From assembly GCA_964016885.1 (NCBI GenBank), contig OZ024741.1, forward strand, positions 84,258,001-84,322,000: a DNA stretch of 64,000 nt, given 5' to 3'. Under the pieces are notes generated by a model. That model made no database searches. It had not been told where the DNA came from and saw only the letters and a list, made by a program, of their open reading frames with translations. The DNA is from Eledone cirrhosa (taxonomy: Eukaryota). The translations under genes and the position numbers were made by a program. Below, piece after piece: positions 52,446-64,000 of the stretch (the stretch's first letter is position 1; every line of letters starts with the position of its first letter).

Positions 52446-53939
52446 TCTTCCAGATTCACATGCTCAAGGTAAGGCGGTAAAATGCAGAATACATGTCTGA
52501 TATATCCCCAGATTTTATGTGACAAGCCAGTCATTTGTGGTGTAGGTATAGATTCAAAAACATTATAAATAACGACTTGTGTTTATAAACTACAAATATT
52601 ATTGGTTTACAAAATTACATCACTATGTTGTTGATAGAGTTGTTAATACAGTAGTTTATTTCACTGCCCAATTACTGTTTTGATTGAATATGATTGTAAT
52701 CTCCAACACAAAGTACTATCTCATAATAGCTTTATTCTGAATTATCAGCAAACATTATTGCTTTATATAGCTTCAACGAGAAATATAATTATTTAAATTT
52801 TACAAACATTCTATATATTACAATCCTACAACCACATATTATTTTCTTTATTTTCAATAAATTGAATTAGTGTATTTTTATAATTAAAAACAAAAATATA
52901 ATCATAGTAATAGGCTAAAAGAAAATTAATATCACATGTTGGCATATACACGTATATTTCGAGGAGTGCATTATTCTTGACAAAAGCAACAAACTCAACC
53001 CGGAAGATGGACTTTGCCCAAATTATCGGATTTCCTCAACTCACCAATTTTACTATTATATTACATTGTTGTGGAGCATTATTTATTTGAAAAATGCAAC
53101 CTAGTTTAGCTTTTAATCGTATATTTTCCTTGCTTCTAAATCTTTTAAACAGACCACATTTATTAACCGACAGATCGGTTACAATGAAGCCCACAATATT
53201 TAGAGACATCTCGACCTACGGTATATTAGAGGACAGCCATTCGGAGACAAAGAATCCATGCAGCTGCTGTCATTGGAAAAGGATAAATCATCAACTACAG
53301 AGGAAATATATACGTATGATAAATTTCAGAAGGATGACGGCATGGAAAGTACGTTTTAGGAACTACATTTTACGTACATCTAAAATGTACTTGGATCTTC
53401 CACAGGTTCTAACCAGTTATGTCCAAGATATTTATTCAAATGATCTATATACGCATTCTATAATAATGTGAGTAATTTTTCCTCAGACTTTTGTGCCCTT
53501 AAGATAATACCCAGCAAATCAAATTCGCTAGTGTTTGACAAAACTGGACGTTGTGAACCACCAATTCAATCCATTTGATTCACTCCATTACAGTATCATG
53601 TTATACAGCTCCACTCATAAATATCGGATCAAACCATAGTTCTGATAGACGGTTGTTGAGTGGAACTAAACCCATGCCCTTACAAATGAAGCTATTCGAC
53701 CACACCTGTACCGAGTCAGTACTTATTTAAATCTATCATATTATTCTTATTCTGCTCACCGCTCTCTCCTTACATATTATAAATTATAAATAATATACAA
53801 AATAGAATACAAAATTATTTTTGTAATTTTTTCTTAAGTAATTTCAGTTTATTTCCCCATGTTTTGCTGGATGAAGATGCTGGTTGAATACAATTTTTAA
53901 TACGTTGAAGCAACAATTAAGATTTATAAAAATTAAAGG

Positions 53940-54420
53940 AAATTCTGGAAAATAATGTTAGCGAAAGAAATGTATACGGCGAGGACGATAAAAAAAAAAC
54001 ATTGAATAATAAAAAGAAGTCAAGCCAAAAGTCCAAAAGAATAATGAAAGAAAAAGAATACGTCGAAGAAAATAATGAATTTATCTTGGAAGAAGGATAG
54101 AATTGTGATGAGGAGGAGGAGGAAGAAAACGGCAAGGGGAGAGATGATTTTAAGGGATATGATGGAGTGTTTAAGGACTCTTCCCCATGAGCCTCCCAGG
54201 AGGAATAAGTGGGCGAAGAAGAAGAAGAAGAAGAAGAGCTAGTAGATGAAGAAATAGATAAAGACAAACGAGTAGACAAATATGCGGAAAAATATAAAAA
54301 GATAATAAAAAATAAAGAGACAAAGCATAAGGTTAAAAGATATGGAAGATAAGGCGGAATGAAATAATATAGAGGGAAGAGAAAATCGAACGGAAAAGAG
54401 GAAATAAGGAAATTGAAATA
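53940..54420. repeat. Purine-rich low-complexity tract
   Basis: GAA/GAG-rich, with (GAA)n at about 54215-54237. Confidence 0.8.
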
Positions 54421-55115
54421 GTGTATTTGTCCATAGGCTATATTTTAAGTAATAGAATATTTCTTCTTTGGGACATTATAACGTTTGTTTGAATTACGAG
54501 CGCTAGAACTTACAGGGCTGCAATCAATCGCTCGGTGGATTGATCTTGTATATAGGTTAATTAAACATTACAACGTATATGGAGAATAAAAGATCCGAAA
54601 GAGACGAACCAGAAGTGTTGAAAGACGGAAAGTACGAGCTAAAGAACGTTAGAAAGAAGAAATATTTGTTAACAGAATATAACTCGGAGACAATTCTTTT
54701 TATAAATGAAGATTATTGTGATCTCTGAAGTGTGATGAACAAAAGGAGAGTCTCTAGGGAGTGGTGCAATGCTTAGATAAGAAATATGTAGAGATAGCGG
54801 TAGAAATGATTCACAACATCACATATACAAACAAAACATTCGGTAAAACTTAAAGTACGTACATACATTTCAGAATGTAGAGGTTGGGAAGTATTTGCAG
54901 AAAAATGTTTACATAGACCAAATTTATCTCAGATGATATGAAGATTTATGGTAAGTAGTAGGGAATCTTGACATTTGCCAGAGGCTGGCCATTTTCAGGT
55001 AACTAATTTAATCTGATATGAAGAATTTCTCCACCTAGATAAAGATCAAGGGAATAAAAAAGAAGTTATTACTGACGTCAATGTATATATATATATATAT
55101 ATATATGCAGAGAGA

Positions 55116-55156
<41 letters not shown>

Positions 55157-55511
55157 ACAGAAGGAGTTTGAGATCAACAAGAGAAATGTAGAAATGTGGA
55201 TGATCAATGCTATGGAACAAAATCTTAACAATAAGTGTAATTCTCTGATAGCTGATATCTGATTCTAATAAGATACCTTCAAAGCTTTCACACATCAAGT
55301 GATCTCACAAAAAATGTGAAAGAAGCATAATTCAAGACAAACTCGACTCAGCATATTATGTATAATAACATCTAGCAAGTAAATAAATGAATAAAAAAGA
55401 AATATAATTACCCACCCAATACGGGTGCATCTTAAAGAATCCGTTTTGCAATGCTACTTCAAAAGTAGCATTGCACAATAGATGCATTATAAATAAAGAT
55501 AGCCAATATTT

Positions 55512-55564
<53 letters not shown>

Positions 55565-56351
55565 GGGGGGGGGGAGAAACATGGGTATTTATACAATATA
55601 ACTACATATTAGGTAGGAAAACGTTTCTCGCCGTTTTTCAAATTGTGAATGACTTTGGCGTTTTTTAACGCCATCATTTGCAATTACCGCCTGTCAACAT
55701 GTAGGAAGGCATAGGATTCCATCCCAGTAGAATTCGTCCGGCTTCGATGCTTAGAATTCCGTCAACCACTGATTTAACTGATTTCCATTGGCGAAGGACT
55801 TTGACTTCATTGCATTGCTCATTGTAAGAGGTGGCAGTCTGTAGTCGCGTGGTCAGGCAAATATGGCGGGTGAGGCAGAACCACTCTTCCTAGCATCAGC
55901 AGCTTCGCACGTGTTGTCCTTAATGTATGGGACCGAACATTACCATGGTGGACCCTAACAGATCTTCTTGTTGGCGCAACTGTGGGATTTTCGCCGCTAA
56001 TCTCTCAAGTTATTGGCAATAGACGTTAGAAAATTATGTCGGTATTTGATGGGTGAAGCTCGTAGTGGAATACAAATTAACAGTCCCAACATGGGCCATG
56101 TTAGGGTGGAGGCCAGCATATGCTTGCCGTGTTGACGCACTCTCCTCACCATACCACGATCGCTTATGCTTGACATTAATGTAGAAACACTATTTTTCAT
56201 CACCAGTGACAAAGTGGAGCGTAGATTTTACAATGCGGCGCATAAAGCTGATATACTATATAGTTTATACTAATGTTCTCCGATTTAGGTTGGTGTACAC
56301 TTTTGATTAGGAAAATTGAAGTAAACCAAGATGGAGTAGAACTAAGTGTGA

Positions 56352-58287
56352 ATCGTACACTTCGTTTGTCAAATTAATATTTTACAAAATCACAAATTAT
56401 TTTATATACATTTCTAACAATATTTATTTATTAATATATATATTATCTATTAAGAAACTGACACAGAAATTGTATACTTCATGAATGTTTGTAAGGGGTT
56501 AGAACCGTGGAAAATAGTAGGCTCCTTTAAAATAACACTCACATATCTGGAAACCTGACGCGTTTAAAGTAGAACCATTGAAACCCAATATTATTAAATA
56601 CAACGTACATCATATAAAAGAACGATAAACAGTGATGTTCACGCTTGCCCTAATATGGAAAGTATATATATAAAAAGGATATACAACATAGTCAACAAAC
56701 GATCTGGAGAAGAATTACGTCCTAATCACTTACGGTCATACAAAGGTTTAGAAACACTGTTCTAGACCCTAAATCCTTTGAACATGGACTTTTACTATTT
56801 CTATGCAGTTAGAGAAATTACAAAACATTCACATTCTAATAAAATTCTGTCAATTCATACAATATTAAATACATTTGTGAGAGAAAAAAAACCATACTAG
56901 TAAGGATGAAGAAATAGTGAAAAGAGGATATAGAAGACAAGATAGAAAGAGAAGAGAACTGAAATAAGAGAAGAAGAAACAGGGGCAAGCGAATGAGTGG
57001 AAGAATACATTGTATGTGGGAGAACAAATTAAAAAAGTGAATATAAAGATGTATGAACTCGAGTGAGAGAAAGTGAACTGGGATTTAGCAAATGAGTCCA
57101 AGATGGATGTTATTAAGGTGAGTGAAAGCGAGGTGTAATCAAATATGTTAAACAAGATTGTTTAATAGAACAAGTAGGTGAATGTAAACAAATAGTGAGT
57201 AATTGAGAGAAATGGAAATGAAAAATAGGAATGGACCTCTGTCGTTTCAAATGAGGATACAAAAACAGCTGTTCGGTCAACAGAACAACCTCGTCGAGAA
57301 ATAAACTTGCGAATGACTGAGCATTAAACAGAAGCATGCGACCTAAAAGTACATCCCAAGGAGAGTTTTTGTCAATAAATTGACAAAACTACCTCTTTGT
57401 AATACAGGTACAGCCTATCTGATGGGTGTATTAACAGTTTCCGTCTATCCAATTTTCAGGTCCCACAATAATTTCTTCGGGAGATTTTTCCACTGTACAT
57501 TCTCGAGAATAATTGCTCCACCTACGTATTGTACTCCTGCTGATATATATTTACTGATGTCTAAGCATCGTACATATTTATGTCGAAATTCTCTAGAGAC
57601 TTCGAAGATCAAGAATATTGAACCTTTCTCTTAATGCCCCTTCACTTCCTTACATAAGCACTGTTCAAATGCAATAGCTATATGAGCTTTTAATAAACTA
57701 CTTTGCCATACTCTGTAATTAGAAATATTTAGGTTTATGCCCCATATGATAGCTATGTCACTGAATTACAATACATAACGGACAAAATCGAAACGCTGTG
57801 AGTTGTGAAAAATAATGTTATAAGGACCTAGAAGATGTATAGATAATAACGGTTTCGTCAGGCCTTTGCAATTGTAATGTCCTACAAATATTGGGACACA
57901 TGACACATTTACAGCAGAGCCAATATCAGTAATAGTAACATATTTTATATGATGGAAAGATATACGGTCATAACGTTGTCTGCCCTAATATGGAAAGTTT
58001 ATATATAGAAAGGCTATCTAGCATAGTCAACAACCGATCTGGAAAAGTAGGTCTGATTCTCTTAAAGAATATAGAGTTTGACGCAACACACAAATATGAA
58101 AGAATTGCTGACTTTTTGTTAAATTACGTAGGCTAATATATTCTGATGAAACGATCATAAAACACAGTTATCGATTTCTGTGCCAGTTTCCTAATAAATA
58201 ATATATATTAATAAATATTGTTAGATAATCATATGAAATGATTAGTGATTCAGTAAAACATTTCTTTGACAAATGAAGTGTGTGATT
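56352..58287. mobile_element. Old fold-back element with inverted arms (56352-56472 / 58173-58287), possibly PLE-derived
   Basis: Diverged inverted arms plus an internal direct repeat (56647-56712 vs 57981-58047); only weak coding hints. Confidence 0.5.
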
Positions 58288-58623
58288 GAATAGATGTTTT
58301 ATTGTAACCTGTTATGAAATATTTCTGCTCCTTCTCGTACGATATAATTAATATTTTTTTGCGCGAAACCTTTGAAGTAGATTTCACTGTAAATGCTCAC
58401 AAATGCGATTGCTGTCTCTCTGAGAAATATCTTCACTGCATATTAATATAACCTCTTAAATAATACCGATAGCACTAACCCAGCGGGATTCACAGCGGGA
58501 TCGATACAAAATGTTTACATTTACTAACGTTGGGAGAATTCTAAGACTTACCCTTATCACAGATACCGCAGTATATTTGTAAGAGCGTTGTATACATGTG
58601 TTTCAGTATCATTATCTATCACA

Positions 58624-58814
58624 GGGCTGTGGATTGGCTTATCGGTAGAGGGTCGAACGCCATGCTTTGCAACATAGAGTTACCGCCCTTTACATTCTGA
58701 GTTCAAATCCTGCCGAGCTTAACTTTGCCTTTCATCCTTACGCGGTCGATAAAATAAAGTGCCAGTAATGCATTAGGTAATTACTGGCCTTGTGCCAAAA
58801 AATAGAAACAATTA
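58624..58814 (+). mobile_element. tRNA-derived SINE, main family
   Basis: A-box TGGCTTATCGGTAG, B-box GTTCAAATCC, family body and tail AGAAACAATT. Confidence 0.92.
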
Positions 58815-59849
58815 TTATCGATCACAATCAGCAACCGTTTAGCTATAACGCAAAATATATTTTAACCAGTGGAAGAAAGTAAATGCTCAGTTTCAATAAA
58901 GTGTGTATAATGTCAAAATTACAGATTACTGAAGTTAGGGGGTGCAGAAAATGGTTCGTGGGCATGGGGGTTAAAACTATACTCTGAGAAAATAGACAGG
59001 TGATCTGGTTGAAAAGTGTAGTATGATATAGAAGTGGACCTAGTGAGACAGAGTATGTGTAGCTAGCGTCTTTAGAAGGTCATTATTGCAGTGTTTAAAG
59101 AGACAAATGAATGAGACAGTAAATCTGTAACCTAACCAGTTGTTTTAATCATATTGGTTATATGATAGCCAAATAGCCAGTTGTGAAATTATGGTTGTAC
59201 AGAATCATATATAGCTAACTAAAGCTAAATATATCTAGAACTATACTGAGTAGAATTTAATATATGCATCATGGGATGGGTAATTTAGTATTATATGTTT
59301 GCTGATTTGCCTAACATCAAGTAATGTAGTATATGCCAAACAATTATAATTCAGTTATATTTTCAAATGTCATGGTACTTATGCAAAAATAATGCAATAG
59401 ATACTAATGTTGAACATATAAATAGTTCTTAACATAAAACGTGATAAAATAAAATAAAATTATATAATTAAATTAACAGTAAATAATGTTATAAATCATT
59501 CAGATTACACCCAGGGAGAACGATTCATATCATCGACTTCAATCAACAAACATTGCAAATATAATATTTTATAAAATAAGGCAGTGGTTTGGGAAAAACA
59601 AAATTGAGAGAAAGAACATTTGTTTCACTGTATGTACTGGGAACCGTTACTTTCTACAAACGATCTTCTTACATAAGTTCCTATTAGTTAGACAGATTGT
59701 ATATCTTCCTGAAATCTGAGAATGTTCTTAGAAGGTAGATCCAGTAAGTAATATTTCACAGTTGTGGCAAAATATCATACATGCAACATATATGCATCAT
59801 ACATTCAAATCAATAAGGAATAAATGTAAAGTTTATACCACCCACAGAT

Positions 59850-60036
59850 AACTGTTTCTACTTTAGGCACAAGGCCAGAAATTACCAGTGCATTACTGGT
59901 ACTTTATGTTATCGACCCCGTAAGGATGAAAGGTAAAGTCAACCTCGGTGGGATTTGAACTCAGATCGTAAAGGGACGTAACTATGCTGGAAAGCATGGC
60001 GTCCGACCCTCTACCGGTACTGCCAATCCACCGCCC
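59850..60036 (-). mobile_element. tRNA-derived SINE, main family
   Basis: Full-length family match ending CTGCCAATCCACCGCCC. Confidence 0.93.
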
Positions 60037-60419
60037 ACAGATAATGTGAGCTAAATGAAAAACGACTTTCAGCTTTGTTAACAATTGCCTCTGTTATTAG
60101 TATCGTAAAAGGCATATTTAAGGTATTTGAGAATATTCTTGACTGGTCTTCATAAGAACAACATCCTACTTAATAATTTACTTCTTTTTCACTTGTTTAC
60201 ATATTACGGCAACATGAATATACAAATAAAATTAAAATAAATAAATAACCTGAATGGAAATACCAGAAAACGCTTTAAACTTAGGAAAGGTTTGAGCAAA
60301 CATCTATAGTTTATCACTACTGCTTTTTAGCCCATTGAAGTATGGATACTCATGAGGTAGACTCGAAGGGTCCTATCAATGCAACCATCGTAAATTGAAG
60401 CATCCGAATCCGCAAACGA

Positions 60420-61700
60420 GTGTAACCGAATTCATGGATGTTATTCAACTCTCTTGCTCATAATCTACGTCACGGTCTCCTCTCAGTTGGTTTTGCTCGT
60501 AAAATATGTCCAGTTACTCTTTCCTAAGACGTTCTAACAACATATCCACAGTACCGAAGCTATGATCTCTCGATTCGGAATCCTACCGTCTCTATCTGGA
60601 GCAATTTCTGATCTCGGAGGTACGAATTTATCGAGTAGTATTACTACAAAAATCCTTCGGGGGAATCCCATTTGGCTGCTTATATCGCGATCTGTCGGTT
60701 CCTAAGTTTCATGACCATAGGTAAGGGTAGGCGACAATACCTAATTGAAGATACGGAGTTTGCCTTTTAAAATGACTTGCCTTCTTCTGATGTCTATGGG
60801 ATAAAGCTGGCGCATTTCTGACGCATCTCCAACATTTCAGACCCCTGCCGACCATCACTCGTGGACAGGGCGGCTAGATACTTGTACTTTTCCACCTGCT
60901 TCGGTCTAACGCTACTGATATGCAGAGTGCACTGTGCAGGCTCTCTTGAAAGCACGAATATCTCTGCAGCCCTAATATCCATTCCTGCCCTACAGCACTA
61001 TGTAGAAGACCTATTCACTGCATATCAAATATCACGTTCAATTAGTTAAGTAGTTCTATGTCGTCTGCAACGTCCAGTCCACTGATCCTTGAAACGCCAG
61101 TCTTCATACCAGTTCTAACCAGGCTGCTTATATCCTGTTCTTGAATATTATGAACAGGATAGGTCCTCCGAAATTGACATTGAACAACTTCAACTTATTA
61201 TCATTTATCCGAACACAAATCTTATAGCGACTTCAAGGCTACAAGTGTCAATCAATCACCTACTTCTACAGAACCGTTCACCACAAATCCGGTGTAGTGC
61301 GGCCATATTTCTTTTCGAGGTCAACAAAATAAGCACACACAACCCGGCTATACACTCACGATTTCATTGAGACGTTAGCTGCAGAGTAAATATTGAACCG
61401 GCTGTGCTACATCCAGACCGAAAAACACTGTTCATCAGCTAGATTTCGACTTGACAATATACCTACATCTCTTTATCAGACACTTAGCATAGACATTACC
61501 AGGACGGCTGAACAACGAGATTCTTCTATGATTAGAGCAATATATCTTGTATTGGGATTATTGCTCCCGATTTCCATTGATTCTGTACAAACATCTTGAT
61601 CATCCAACACACATGAGTCAGCCAGAAAATAATTTCTCTATCTAAGGTTGAATTTCAACCACTCCAGAGTTGCTTTAATTTCTTTGGTGACCTCACCTAG
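60420..61700 (-). mobile_element. RTE-clade LINE RT remnant
   Basis: Minus strand YFVDLEKKY (near 61320), ADD (near 61065), QVEKYKYL..TSDGR and PTLTYGHET in the correct order. Confidence 0.88.
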
Positions 61701-62799
61701 ATGTACAAAATATATATATATATACCAGATGTTATAACGGGTTTAGATCAAAAACATGTGCAGTGAAGTTTCATATTATGATATATGACTCCTTCTTAAC
61801 TACATCTAATGTTGCAATGGCTTCGTCAAGGAAGGATCTGCATTTATACTCTGTGTATAGTGCATAATATTACCTTTTTTAAAACTCTTTTGGTCCCACA
61901 CAAATATTCCCTCCATTCCACAGCCCATTCTCCCAATTCTGAGTATCTACAATCCCGCCTGTATATTCATTTATGGCACCACAGTTGAATATTGGATTTT
62001 CTAACCTCCATCCGAATCTATGTTACCAGAGACACGGCATATTTTTGATGATAACTTGACGAAAACTAACCGTTAAAATCTGCACCCTACCCGTAAAATT
62101 TGTAACATTTCGTACGCCAAATGTTAACATTAGCTCACATCTCACCTTATTTGCTGTTTCGGGATACGCAACCTTTGGGCGTTCTTGCCACACTTCCCAG
62201 GATAGATCATAGCACCATCGTCAGACTTTTCGGCGTTAGAGTGAGATTGCAATATATTATATTAAATGGGTCCTTCCTCCTAAGATCCCCATGCCTCTAC
62301 GCAAAGGAGGTGTGGTATGATTGTTATTATTGAATCTGACTATACTACAAGTGTTTATAGTCATATTCACGTCAGGCGCTAATTTGGTCATTTTCGCAGA
62401 CCCATCTGGTGTAGGCTTTTTTAAGATAAGGTATTTGCTCTACATAATTATATATCTGAATTGTGAGAGTTTCCTTGTGAGCTAACTGTATCGCCCATCG
62501 CTATATCTCCCGTAGTAGCTTTCCATTTTTTGTTCAGTGTTTCTTATTTATCCGTCGGGAGCACAGTTATGTTGCAAGTAACTCCTCGTATATGGGGGAC
62601 GTATCACTATCAGCTCTGCCAAATATATGTAAAGTAATCAAATAGTCCCCTCATTCGTGAGAGAGATATGGGGAACTTTAAACCTAACGGTGGGGCCTAT
62701 CCCCTCGCCATATCTGAGTAGAACTGATTTCTTTCTGGGGAGGGTAGAGTGATTGAGCGAGAGGAAGGGAGAAAGCAATATAGAGAAATAATCCACATC

Positions 62800-62948
62800 A
62801 ATATTATTTTGTATTTATTTCAACCCAGAAATGAGGAAAAGCCAAGTTGATCTCGACAAGAGTTGAACAGAAAGCGCGCAGGGAATAGAAACAAATACCG
62901 CAAATCATTCTAACAAATGTTCTGATGAATGTGCCAATACACCGACCA
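62800..62948 (-). mobile_element. Diverged SINE copy
   Basis: TATTTATTTCAACCC..GAAAAGCCAAGTTGATCTCG..TGCCAATACACCG parallels the family consensus. Confidence 0.55.
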
Positions 62949-64000
62949 TCAAAATATTACAGAATATAATTGACGTACAGTGATGCAGAAAGTATTTCAA
63001 AGTTTTATTTCATTGAATTTATTTAAAGTTCTTTAGTACTTTTTGATTGTGAAATGACATAAAATGAAATATTTTATTACAGCCAGCAATTTAAACACTG
63101 TATTTGAGATTGTATTTAATTAGATTATAACTTCAACACACATAGACTGACACGGGCGCATAGATATATACGCACACATGCCCTTATATGCATATATATA
63201 TGTGTGTGTGTGTGTGTATGTGTGTATGTGCGTGTGTGTGTGTGTATGTGTGCGGGTCCAAAATAAACTATGAATAAATCAACTTTTAAGGTCCTCAATG
63301 TCTAAAATGATAGGAAACATTTTTTAGAGCAATCTCGTCACTCATATTTATGTGGAAATAAACGAGAAACTCTAGATCTAGAAATAATGTGGAAATTGCC
63401 TGTAAATGAATGGAATCTATACAGTGAAATGAAAATTGCAGATAGTAAAGAAAGGAAACTATCAAAGGGTAGTAGGAGTTTTGAAAGCTACTAGATTATA
63501 CAGAGCTGTAGAAGGCACGTGTGTGGAAACGCTAAAAATGGCTATTAGTAACTCAAAAGACGTAAAGAGAAAAGCCTGTAAAAATAATAGCTGGAATATA
63601 TTGAAGTGAAATATCTGAAAATTACGAATATATTATAGAAAAACATTACGGAAAATTACTGAAACTCTTTGAAATCAGGAGAAAAACAATTGTAGTAAAG
63701 GAAATCGTTTTTATTCGTCTTTACATGGGTTATACCAACTACCGGTCACAATATAAATAACTAAAATAGGAAAGCTTAGTCAAAAAACTGATAAGAAACT
63801 GCGAACTATGATCTTGTAGAAATGAAAGCAAGTTAAAAGCTCAAAAAGTTGTCGAAAAATATTAAGATGTAAAATGTAACAAAGTGGTTGGCAAAAATGA
63901 CAAAATGAAAAAGTATGAAAATAACCGAAACATTAAATATTCTGAAATAAATAACGAATGAAATAATACCAAATGTAACAGAAATAGAATGAAAGAATCC

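Noticed and set aside
53917-54279. 120-aa Ser/Phe-rich ORF
   Set aside because: Product of a purine-rich low-complexity tract.
58135-58185. CTGATGA followed by a weak hairpin
   Set aside because: The GAAA and cleavage strands are absent.
58624-58715. tRNA gene
   Set aside because: A and B boxes belong to a multi-copy SINE and no cloverleaf forms.

Overview
AT-rich eukaryotic non-coding DNA with no recognisable host exon. The microsatellite load and SINE family suggest a coleoid cephalopod such as Octopus (inference). Nearly all supplied ORFs are microsatellite read-throughs or chance frames. The window is a mosaic of decayed mobile elements: Penelope-like elements (PLEs) with fold-back inverted arms, RTE, L1/Tx1 and CRE-like LINE remnants, a mariner fragment, MITEs, Helitron-like ends and about a dozen tRNA-derived SINEs. 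The main signal is a cluster of hammerhead-ribozyme (HHR) motifs found by manual folding. (1) A non-coding 319-bp retrozyme-like family at two loci carries a type I HHR with the compensatory U3-A8 core and covarying stems. (2) A ~623-bp tandem array has all three HHR core strands in each unit, but in reversed (permuted) order. (3) Several PLE terminal-repeat HHRs have palindromic stem III and a long stem II with a shared C-C mismatch. Most of these sit in (TA)n tracts. All structures are unverified predictions.
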